Shown piece by piece: positions 28,348-35,915 of a stretch of DNA of 64,000 nucleotides. The notes beneath the pieces were generated by a model. It did not search any database. It was not told the DNA's origin and saw only the letters and a program-made list of their open reading frames with translations. This DNA comes from Candidatus Omnitrophota bacterium (GTDB lineage: Bacteria > Omnitrophota > Gorgyraeia > Zapsychrales > Fredricksoniimonadaceae). The DNA is taken from the NCBI GenBank assembly GCA_028865345.1, contig JAGWKL010000002.1, positions 665 to 64,664 of the forward strand, read 5' to 3'. Each line of letters opens with the position of its first letter. The stretch's first letter is position 1. The position numbers and the translations under genes are program-made.

Positions 28348-28596
28348 CTATTTAATCCCTTTTTGAGAACTTATGTAATCCACGATATTCTTGACGGTCT
28401 TGGCTTCGTAAAGGGCCGCGTCCGGAATTTTCAATTCAAACTTCTCTTCCAATTCAAAAGCGATCTCCACCGACCCGAATGAGTCGATCCCCAGATCTTC
28501 CACCAGGCGCGAATCCAAATTGATTTTCGCCGCTTCCATGGTCAACTGCTTGGCCAAAATGTCCTTAACGGTCCCCTCAACTTCAGCGTACGTCAT
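28348..28596 (-). CDS. Acyl carrier protein (second stand-alone ACP)
   Basis: Attachment motif LGIDSFGSVEIAFELE. ATG 28596 is preceded by GGAG and lies just after the KAS stop. The 157-aa track ORF is an artefactual upstream extension. Confidence 0.85.
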   Translation of the reverse strand: MTYAEVEGTVKDILAKQLTMEAAKINLDSRLVEDLGIDSFGSVEIAFELEEKFELKIPDAALYEAKTVKNIVDYISSQKGIK

Positions 28597-28600
28597 GAGA

Positions 28601-29848
28601 TTAATCTCCGTTATAATCCGAAAAAACGACACAGGCATTGCAATTGCCGAACCCGAAAGAATTGGACAATACCGTCTTGAGATGCGCACAACGCCCTTCA
28701 TTAGGGACATAGTCGAGATCGCATTGCGGGTCCCTGTCCTTATAATTGATCGTCGGCGGAATGAACCTGTTTTTAATGGCCAATGCGCAAACCACCGCTT
28801 CAATGCCTCCTGCAGCCCCAAGGCTATGGCCGATCATGGATTTCGTCGAAGAAATCGGGACTTTATACGCTTTGGGACCGAACACATTCTTGATGGCCAT
28901 GGTTTCCGCACGGTCATTGGCCACGGTCGAGGTGGCATGGGCATTGATGTAATCAACCTGCCCGGCATCCCTCCCCGCATCTTTTAAGGCATCGGCCATG
29001 ACCCGCGCCGCATCTGCGCCGCTTAAATCCGGCATCACCATGTGACGGCCTCCGGAATTACTGGCATACCCGGCAACTTCCGCATATATAGGGGCATTTC
29101 TCCTGCGGGCATGTTCCAATTCCTCCATGATGACAAGCCCCCCGCCTTCGCTTAGCACAAAACCGTCGCGTTTCAAGTCAAAGGGGCGTGAGGCTTCCTC
29201 GGGAACGCTGTTTTTGGACATCACCCGCAAATAATAATACGCCTCAAAATTCAAAGGCGACAAGGTCGCTTCCACACCGCCGGTCACGCACAAGTCCATA
29301 TCGCCCCACTGGATCTTGCGAAAGGCCTCACCGATAGCATGATTGGCCGAAGCGCAAGCCGTGGAAATCACCATATTAGGGCCCAAGCATCCGTGCTGGA
29401 TGGCAATATGGCTGGACACCGCATTAGGTGAAATCCTTGGCACAGCCGTCGGATGACAGCGGGGGTTCGATTTTTCAAAGTGGGCGACCAATTGCTCTTC
29501 ATGGAACATCATGCCGCCCAAGCCGGAACCGATGACCACCCCGATGCGGTTTTTGTCCTCGGTCTCTAAGTCAAGACGACTGTCTTCGACGGCCATCTTG
29601 GTACAGGCCAGCCCAAAATGGACAAACCTGTCCACTTTTTTGACCACTTCCGAAGGCATATACCGGCAAGGGTCAAAACCCCTCACCTCTCCGGCTATTT
29701 TTGTATCGAAGTTGTCGGTATTAAAACCGCTGACTTTGACAACCCCTGACCGGCCCTGCATATTGGCCTGCCAAAAATCATCCTTGCCTATACCATTGCA
29801 GGCTACCACGCCCAAACCGGTGACAACCACACGCCGTTTCTTCGTCAT
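28601..29848 (-). CDS. Beta-ketoacyl-ACP synthase (FabF/KAS II-like)
   Basis: Active-site Cys in ISTACASANHAIG, with His motifs in YINAHATST and GHSLGAAG. 415 aa. Confidence 0.9.
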   Translation of the reverse strand: MTKKRRVVVTGLGVVACNGIGKDDFWQANMQGRSGVVKVSGFNTDNFDTKIAGEVRGFDPCRYMPSEVVKKVDRFVHFGLACTKMAVEDSRLDLETEDKNRIGVVIGSGLGGMMFHEEQLVAHFEKSNPRCHPTAVPRISPNAVSSHIAIQHGCLGPNMVISTACASANHAIGEAFRKIQWGDMDLCVTGGVEATLSPLNFEAYYYLRVMSKNSVPEEASRPFDLKRDGFVLSEGGGLVIMEELEHARRRNAPIYAEVAGYASNSGGRHMVMPDLSGADAARVMADALKDAGRDAGQVDYINAHATSTVANDRAETMAIKNVFGPKAYKVPISSTKSMIGHSLGAAGGIEAVVCALAIKNRFIPPTINYKDRDPQCDLDYVPNEGRCAHLKTVLSNSFGFGNCNACVVFSDYNGD

Positions 29849-30010
29849 TGTGAAAGAAAAACTAATTAAAAAATAATTTTAACTAAAACGTCATTAAGAA
29901 AACATTAATCTTTAATTATAAAATTTTAATGCCTCTTAAGCTCCTAACAACCCTAATTATAGGGGCATACTATACCATAATAATATCAAAAAAGAAAAAA
30001 ATATTTGTTA

Positions 30011-30032
30011 TCCCCGAGTCTGGGGACAGGTC
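30011..30032 (-). repeat. 22-bp element GACCTGTCCCCAGACTCGGGGA (right copy, read on the minus strand)
   Basis: It is the exact reverse complement of 23421-23442. It lies 162 nt upstream of the KAS start (29848) and just downstream of the 30056 gene end. Confidence 0.9.
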
Positions 30033-30055
30033 CTTTTTTCCAAGGCTTGGGACCA

Positions 30056-30487
30056 TTAGAACTTAAAACTGGCACCCTCTGGCGTGAAACTGGGACCGTC
30101 ATCGACATCGGAGTCTCCATTGCCGTCCGGGTTCAGGGAGGCAAGGATATTTTCTCTATTGATCCATTTCTTCATTTGCTCCCGGCTCAAAACCAGGCTT
30201 AATCTTTTATTTTCTTCTTCTTTCAACTTTTGTATGGCGCTTTTGACAGCCCCATGCTCCAGCAAACCGCCTCCCGCCACCTGCTGAAGGACCGCTTCGC
30301 GCTTGACCAGATAGTCTTGGACAATGGGGTACACGGCTTGAACCTGGGCCTTTGTCAATTGCAACACAGTCTTCATTTTGTTGACATTATAATCGACAGC
30401 AGACTGCATTTCTTTGGCTTGGGCCGATGCCCAGGGGCCCAATACCAAAAAAAAGGCCAAAACACCTGCCCCATATTTGCGGACCAT
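30056..30487 (-). CDS. Periplasmic LTXXQ-motif (Spy/CpxP-like) protein
   Basis: Signal peptide ending in ASAQA. LTKAQ and LSREQ motifs sit in a helical, charged 143-aa protein. Confidence 0.55.
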   Translation of the reverse strand: MVRKYGAGVLAFFLVLGPWASAQAKEMQSAVDYNVNKMKTVLQLTKAQVQAVYPIVQDYLVKREAVLQQVAGGGLLEHGAVKSAIQKLKEEENKRLSLVLSREQMKKWINRENILASLNPDGNGDSDVDDGPSFTPEGASFKF

Positions 30488-30603
30488 AAATTCCCCTTCC
30501 CGTAAGCTTTAGCCTGCGGCATATTGACCGCGCCTGCTCATACCGGATGTAGTTTACAATAAAAAAGCGCTGAAAGGGGAAAATTTTGTGGCGAAATAAT
30601 ATT

Positions 30604-33600
30604 TTAGCGATCTCCCTGCGTCATAGAGCCCCCCAAAAATGCCCCTAAATCCTTCATCGGCTGAATGTCGATGATCACCGGCACGAAACCTGGGGCATTT
30701 TGCAGACGGGTGAGCATGGCAGGATCCATATGGAAATTAATGCCTTGGCCCGCATGTTGTGTCTGCAAATCCATGTGGGCGGCGGTCAGATCAATACCTC
30801 CGGTGGGAGTCATGGATTGATCGGCGTGCGCCATGGCAATTTTATCCATAAGTTGCCGGGCCATGAGTATCGCTCTGTGTTGATCAATAAAATTTGGGCT
30901 TGTCACGATAGAAACCGCTTTAGCCTTAACGGCCATTTGAGCTATTTTGTCCAGCATAGTTTCGACTTCAGCATTGGAATAGCCGTTAAATACGTCGAGA
31001 TCGACATCCACCAGATCATAAGGCTTTTCCTGCGGATCAATGGATGAGCCTGGTTGAGCGGCGTATCGCACCGGCCCTTCGTCGATCATTTGCACGGCAC
31101 GCAAAGTGTCCAGATTATAAAGCCAATGCCAATAAGGCAGGCCGCTTTTATCTGAAGCTATGAAACCTTCCTTAACAAAGGGAGCTATAAAACCTTCTAT
31201 ACCAAGGACATTTTGGGCATAACGATCAGCCTCGATGAGCTTGTCCGTGTTTTCCCCAAGAAACCCGCCGGAGCTATTATAACGGCGGGTAATCCGTGCA
31301 TCAGGGTGTGCATCAATATGCAATAAACTTAACCCCTTTTGAAGCATCCCTTGCCTCAACATCAACCACCAAAAGGTAAAGACATTGCTGTGATCGTCGG
31401 AAATAAAAACCATGGGGCCTTTTTTAAGATCGATCAAAACTTTTTTCGTTAGTCCGTAGATGGTCCCGTCCTTCGCCGTTGCGCCCTTGATCAGTTGTCC
31501 TCCCATCTTATCAGACCAGCCATCAACAATGTCCCAATCCGTGATGCCGGAGGCATTTATAGAAGAAAAACCCGCCTCTGCGAAACTCTTGAGAGACACC
31601 TTCATGGCACTGTCCTTTTTAATTTTAGGCTTTGGGGCCAATAAAACCAGGGCCTTTCCGTTGGAGAAATCACGGTTTGCGTTTTGGACGATGGTGTAAT
31701 TAAACCGGCCTGGGGCGGAATTTAATTCAGCAAGAGTGTCTACAACTTGAGCCGCTTTCCCCAAAGAAGTATATTGAACAAAGGAAGTGTCCATCATCAA
31801 TGCAGAAATAAACCCCCGGTTAAAATTTTCTAAATCAAAATGCTCAGCAGCCTCTTCTTTTGTCAAAAGGTCCCCCACATCAATCACAACCATCCTGTCG
31901 GTCCCCCCGGCCGATCCAACATCTACCAAAAAACCATTAGGCTTCATGACAAAACCCCGGGCCAACAATTTCTTATATAACTTAAAATAGCCGTTTAACA
32001 GAGTGTCTATTTTTTGGTGTAAAACATCAGGATCATCCTGATAAATTCTTCTTAAACTCCTTATCCGATCCAGCAACGGGACAACTTCTTGCTGTACGAC
32101 GGCATGGGGGACCCTGATGATGTGTCCGCCCACATTGACGTCCAGGTCCTTAAAAACGAGATACCCGGCCGCCAAGGGGCCCAAACGCTCCTGATATTCA
32201 TCATATTTTGACCAAACCTGAGGATCAGTGACACCCTTGACGACAATATCACGCCCTTCGACATTCCCTTTATAGACCACTGATTCCACTCCTCCGGCAA
32301 ATTTAATCAACGGGTGGTCTCTCAATTGGGAACGCAACACATTCTTTAACGCCTCCAGGCCGGTATCCTGCGCTTTTGAAGCCATGGCATTATCTTTGAT
32401 CTCCAGTTCGATGCCATGGCCCTTATCTTGGGGAACTAAATATTCATACTCCTCTGCAAAGCCGCCGAACCGCGTATCATCAGCGACTATCGCCGTGATC
32501 TTTCCGCCGCTCTTTTTGATGCCGAAAAAGAAATTGTGACTGCCGGCGAGGCCCACATTGACCTCATGGGTTTGTATATGGCGCGCTTGGAAGGCCTCCT
32601 TGACATTGGGCAATATTTGCGAGTAGCTGTCGATCAAATTCACCATTTCGGGCCTGGGCCCCAATCTTCCCAGGAAAAGCCCGACCTGGTTGTCCAGATC
32701 GTCGAGGTCTTCATTAAAGAAATGGGCGATAGACATTTTGCCCTCGCGGTCAATCACGACCGCCACCACGCAATCCCCCATTTCGACGGCATCTGTCCAA
32801 AACACGCCGTTAGTGGCGCCGATGACCGCCGTACGCTCGGATATTTCATGGCCGACAAATTCCTTACCCGTCGACAAATTCATCAAATTGATGTCCGGCT
32901 CAGGCGGGACATGAGATTTCAGATAGGAGTACTCGATCCCCAACGCGCCGGCAAAGGCCAGCGAAACGGCTATGACTTTAAGGGATTTGGGGACAGTCAT
33001 GGCCGCATTGGGCATTTGGTCCGTATACCGTATGACTTGATTTGCCTTCATGGCCAAATCAAACTTCACCCCTCCGGAAAAATATTTTCTCGGGACCATT
33101 TGCCGTGTCAGGGGGTCCCGTTTTTCCTCGATATAATTATAGACGCCTTTTTTAAACGCCTGCAGGTAACGCCGGTAAATTGCCTCCACCCGTAAGGGGC
33201 CGTTGAAGCCCACACCTGCCACTTTATTTTTACCGGCATAAGCTTGTGCCAGGATACTCTTTTTTATTTTCATCTTATACCAGGTAGCCAGGATCAAAGA
33301 ATTATAAACCTGACGCAAGACGGCAAAATTTTCATCTTCATTGACCTCCCTGGTCAATTCAGGGATGACGATTTCACGGATGACCTGACTCCCCAATTGA
33401 TTGGTGCCTCGGGCAACGGCCGCAGCACCCGACCCTTCATGCTTTTCAAGTGACAAATAATCCTGGTCCAGCATGACCTTTAGCCTGCTGCTTATCACAT
33501 AGGCCGTTTGTGCCCCGGTATTTTCATAGACCACGGCTTTTTGGGGAAGTATCCAGACTTTGTTAAACGTGTTCACTGCAATATCGGTCGTCCCGTATTT

Positions 33601-34101
33601 TTTCCGGGCCTCTTCATAAACACGTTTCCAAAACTTTTTTCCGGTTTGTCCCTCGGGATAAATCAGGCTGGCGGTGACCTGTTTAAGCAGGTAATCTTCA
33701 GCCAATAAATCACGGCCCATCCGTGTTGAACCAAAAGAAGGCGGGATGATCCTGTCTTTTTCATAAGGGCTTAAATTGACCCACAGGTCCTCTTCCGGGA
33801 CGGTCAATGATGCCAGGAAGTATTGGACCAGCCTGGCAGCTTCCCGTTTCAGCCCCTCCCTTCCTTCAGGATACTGGTCCCCCTGATCCAAAATAAAGTC
33901 GAATCTCAGAGGATCATCAGGATAAACTTTTATTCCTTTGAGGATGGGAGGCTCAAGAGGAGGACTTAAATGGACCATGACGCCGGGGGCAGGCAGACGC
34001 CATTCATCCGCCCGGGCCATGGGGATCGGCCCCATGACAAGCGTTACAAAAAAAGACAAAATGGTCAATACGCATATAGGGGACTTTGGGGTTTGGTTCA
34101 T
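30604..34101 (-). CDS. Large secreted or anchored modular protein of unknown function (1165-1180 aa)
   Basis: Signal peptide (ICVLTILSFFVTLVMGPIPMARA). An unrecognised ~340-aa N-terminal domain. A kinase-like segment (GGVESVVYKG...IVVKG...MKPNGFLVD...VVIDVGD). A UPF0489-like segment (FISDDHSNVF...LLHIDAHPDA...DVDLDVF). A distinctive C-terminal tail. A TTG at 34146 is an alternative start. Confidence 0.8.
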   Translation of the reverse strand: MNQTPKSPICVLTILSFFVTLVMGPIPMARADEWRLPAPGVMVHLSPPLEPPILKGIKVYPDDPLRFDFILDQGDQYPEGREGLKREAARLVQYFLASLTVPEEDLWVNLSPYEKDRIIPPSFGSTRMGRDLLAEDYLLKQVTASLIYPEGQTGKKFWKRVYEEARKKYGTTDIAVNTFNKVWILPQKAVVYENTGAQTAYVISSRLKVMLDQDYLSLEKHEGSGAAAVARGTNQLGSQVIREIVIPELTREVNEDENFAVLRQVYNSLILATWYKMKIKKSILAQAYAGKNKVAGVGFNGPLRVEAIYRRYLQAFKKGVYNYIEEKRDPLTRQMVPRKYFSGGVKFDLAMKANQVIRYTDQMPNAAMTVPKSLKVIAVSLAFAGALGIEYSYLKSHVPPEPDINLMNLSTGKEFVGHEISERTAVIGATNGVFWTDAVEMGDCVVAVVIDREGKMSIAHFFNEDLDDLDNQVGLFLGRLGPRPEMVNLIDSYSQILPNVKEAFQARHIQTHEVNVGLAGSHNFFFGIKKSGGKITAIVADDTRFGGFAEEYEYLVPQDKGHGIELEIKDNAMASKAQDTGLEALKNVLRSQLRDHPLIKFAGGVESVVYKGNVEGRDIVVKGVTDPQVWSKYDEYQERLGPLAAGYLVFKDLDVNVGGHIIRVPHAVVQQEVVPLLDRIRSLRRIYQDDPDVLHQKIDTLLNGYFKLYKKLLARGFVMKPNGFLVDVGSAGGTDRMVVIDVGDLLTKEEAAEHFDLENFNRGFISALMMDTSFVQYTSLGKAAQVVDTLAELNSAPGRFNYTIVQNANRDFSNGKALVLLAPKPKIKKDSAMKVSLKSFAEAGFSSINASGITDWDIVDGWSDKMGGQLIKGATAKDGTIYGLTKKVLIDLKKGPMVFISDDHSNVFTFWWLMLRQGMLQKGLSLLHIDAHPDARITRRYNSSGGFLGENTDKLIEADRYAQNVLGIEGFIAPFVKEGFIASDKSGLPYWHWLYNLDTLRAVQMIDEGPVRYAAQPGSSIDPQEKPYDLVDVDLDVFNGYSNAEVETMLDKIAQMAVKAKAVSIVTSPNFIDQHRAILMARQLMDKIAMAHADQSMTPTGGIDLTAAHMDLQTQHAGQGINFHMDPAMLTRLQNAPGFVPVIIDIQPMKDLGAFLGGSMTQGDR

Positions 34102-34175
34102 CTCTTTTAAAGTATGTAATATATTTAGATAAAAAACAAGGGTCAAAGAACAATAAAAATGGTAATATAACAGCC

Positions 34176-35276
34176 ATGCGTTTAAAAAAGGAAGAACTGT
34201 TTTTTGTAACTTCTTTTGAGCAAGCCTCCATCCTGCGTAAATACGCCATCCTCTTTCTGGTCTCCTCTGTTATTCCCATGGTCCTTTTATATTACGTCTA
34301 TTTTAAAAGCACCCGGATCGGGCACATCGCCATGCTGCTGATGGTAACGGGTGTTTTGGTGGGTTACTTTTCCATCCGAACCTTACTGACCAGGGCCATC
34401 AGTATCGCCGAGGAAAACCGCAAAGCGATCGAGCCTTTTTTAAAACCTGAAATCTTCAAAGAACTCAGCAAGGAAAAAAATGAACTGATGGCTTTAAACC
34501 ACTTGTTCTCCGCCATGACCAAACAGCTGGAAGCCAACATCAAAGAATTAAGATCCAAGAACGAGGAGCTTAAAACCCTGGACCGGCTCAAAGATGATTT
34601 TGTCAACAACGTTTCCCATGAATTGCGCCTGCCGTTGACCGTCATCCAGGAAAGCATACGCCAGATCGGCGAAGGGATGTTCGGCAAAGTCAATGACTTG
34701 CAGATGAAATACATCCATATGTCATTAAGAAATATCGACAGGCTCAGGGCGCTCATCGACAATATGCTGGACATTGCCAAGATTGAGAAAGGCAAGCTGG
34801 AACTCCTGAAAAAAAACGTTGATGTCAGCCAGATCATCAAAGAGGTCATCTCCGATTTTACGTTCAAAATTGAAAAAAAAGGTTTGGCCCTGAAAGCCGC
34901 CCTGCCTGACCAACCGCTTTGGGCAACGGTCGATAAAGATAAGATCACCCAGGTCTTGATCAACCTGGTCGGCAACGCCTGTAAATTCACCGAAAAAGGC
35001 CGCATCATCGTGTCCGCCTGCGACAGAGGGGATTTGATTGAATGCAGCGTCGAGGATTCCGGAATAGGCATTCCCCCGCAGGAGATGCCCCATCTATTCT
35101 CTAAATTCCATCAGATCGGCCGGCTGAAAAACCAGCCGGAGAAAGGGACAGGTTTGGGGCTGGTCATTTCCAAACATATCATCGAATTGCACAACGGGCA
35201 GATCCATGCGCAAAACCTGGAAGGAACGGGCACGAAATTCACCTTTACATTGCCTAAATCCCCCGGCGGACTTTAA
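34176..35276 (+). CDS. Sensor histidine kinase (two TM helices, short loop)
   Basis: H-box VSHELRLPLTVI, N-box LINLVGNACKF, G-boxes DSGIGI and GTGLGLV. ATG 34176 is preferred over the track start, which overlaps the divergent gene. Confidence 0.85.
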   Translation: MRLKKEELFFVTSFEQASILRKYAILFLVSSVIPMVLLYYVYFKSTRIGHIAMLLMVTGVLVGYFSIRTLLTRAISIAEENRKAIEPFLKPEIFKELSKEKNELMALNHLFSAMTKQLEANIKELRSKNEELKTLDRLKDDFVNNVSHELRLPLTVIQESIRQIGEGMFGKVNDLQMKYIHMSLRNIDRLRALIDNMLDIAKIEKGKLELLKKNVDVSQIIKEVISDFTFKIEKKGLALKAALPDQPLWATVDKDKITQVLINLVGNACKFTEKGRIIVSACDRGDLIECSVEDSGIGIPPQEMPHLFSKFHQIGRLKNQPEKGTGLGLVISKHIIELHNGQIHAQNLEGTGTKFTFTLPKSPGGL

Positions 35277-35293
35277 GGAAAGGAGTATTTTTC

Positions 35294-35674
35294 ATGAAGA
35301 AAATATTAATCATTGATGACGACGTGGACATCATTGATCTGGTCACCAACAGGCTGGAGAGAAACAACTATGAGGTCATATTTTCCAATGACGGCGATAA
35401 TGGGGTCAAAAAAGCCCTTGAGCAAAAACCTGACCTGATCATCATTGATGTCATGATGCCGCGCCTGCCGGGACCGGAAGCGGTCAAGCTCCTGAAATCA
35501 TATGAAGGGACCCAAAACATACCTATTCTTTTCTTTACCGCCATGAACTCATACCTGCCGCCTAATACCGAATTTGATGACATCAATGTGGGCGGCCAGT
35601 TTTTCCCCTCTATCCCCAAACCATTTGATCCCAACAGACTGTTGTCCTGTGTCCGGCTGCTTTTGGGAGAATGA
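35294..35674 (+). CDS. Single-domain response regulator (REC only)
   Basis: ILIIDDD start, DLIIIDVMMP phospho-acceptor context, and conserved Lys in PKPF. There is no output domain. Confidence 0.9.
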   Translation: MKKILIIDDDVDIIDLVTNRLERNNYEVIFSNDGDNGVKKALEQKPDLIIIDVMMPRLPGPEAVKLLKSYEGTQNIPILFFTAMNSYLPPNTEFDDINVGGQFFPSIPKPFDPNRLLSCVRLLLGE

Positions 35675-35850
35675 AAAATTTTCAAATCAGGTGGAGAAAG
35701 GTCAGAAAAAAGCGGCAAAAGCCAATGGTTGATCCGTATTAAATGAGTATGATGAAAAGCATGAAAATGATCCTGCCAAGCGACGGTTCCATTCTCTTTG
35801 TAGAAACGCCCCTTACATCCTCCTAAACTCTCCATCAGCAGCCTTAATTA

Positions 35851-35887
35851 AAAACCCCAAGAAGCTTGTCGCTATTCCTGGGGTTTT
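35851..35887. terminator. Bidirectional hairpin terminator between the REC gene and the pyrophosphatase gene
   Basis: The arms AAAACCCCA and TGGGGTTTT pair (9 bp) around a 19-nt loop. The hairpin is flanked by an A-run on one side and a T-run on the other, so each strand reads hairpin followed by a U-tract. Confidence 0.55.
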
Positions 35888-35915
35888 GCTGCATTATAAG
35901 CAAACGCCGCGTTGA

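Noticed and set aside
28597-28821. The 157-aa version of the ACP ORF (an N-terminal extension of 75 codons)
   Set aside because: The extension overlaps the 3' end of the KAS gene in another frame and is Arg/Ser-rich nonsense. ATG 28596 has a GGAG SD and yields a normal 82-aa ACP.
34004-34279. 91-aa minus-strand ORF and the 34086 start of the kinase ORF, both overlapping the start of the giant gene
   Set aside because: Both overlap better-supported genes. The kinase has an ATG at 34176 that removes the overlap, and the 91-aa ORF has no features.
35671-35742. 23-codon highly basic ORF (MKNFQIRWRKVRKKRQKPMVDPY) overlapping the REC stop codon as ATGA
   Set aside because: The ATGA coupling is tempting, but the ORF is very short and the composition is what A-rich intergenic DNA yields by chance. 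I have no conservation evidence.
35368-35835. 155-aa minus-strand ORF antisense to the response-regulator gene
   Set aside because: It overlaps a canonical REC domain gene, has no recognisable motifs, and extends through the intergenic terminator region.
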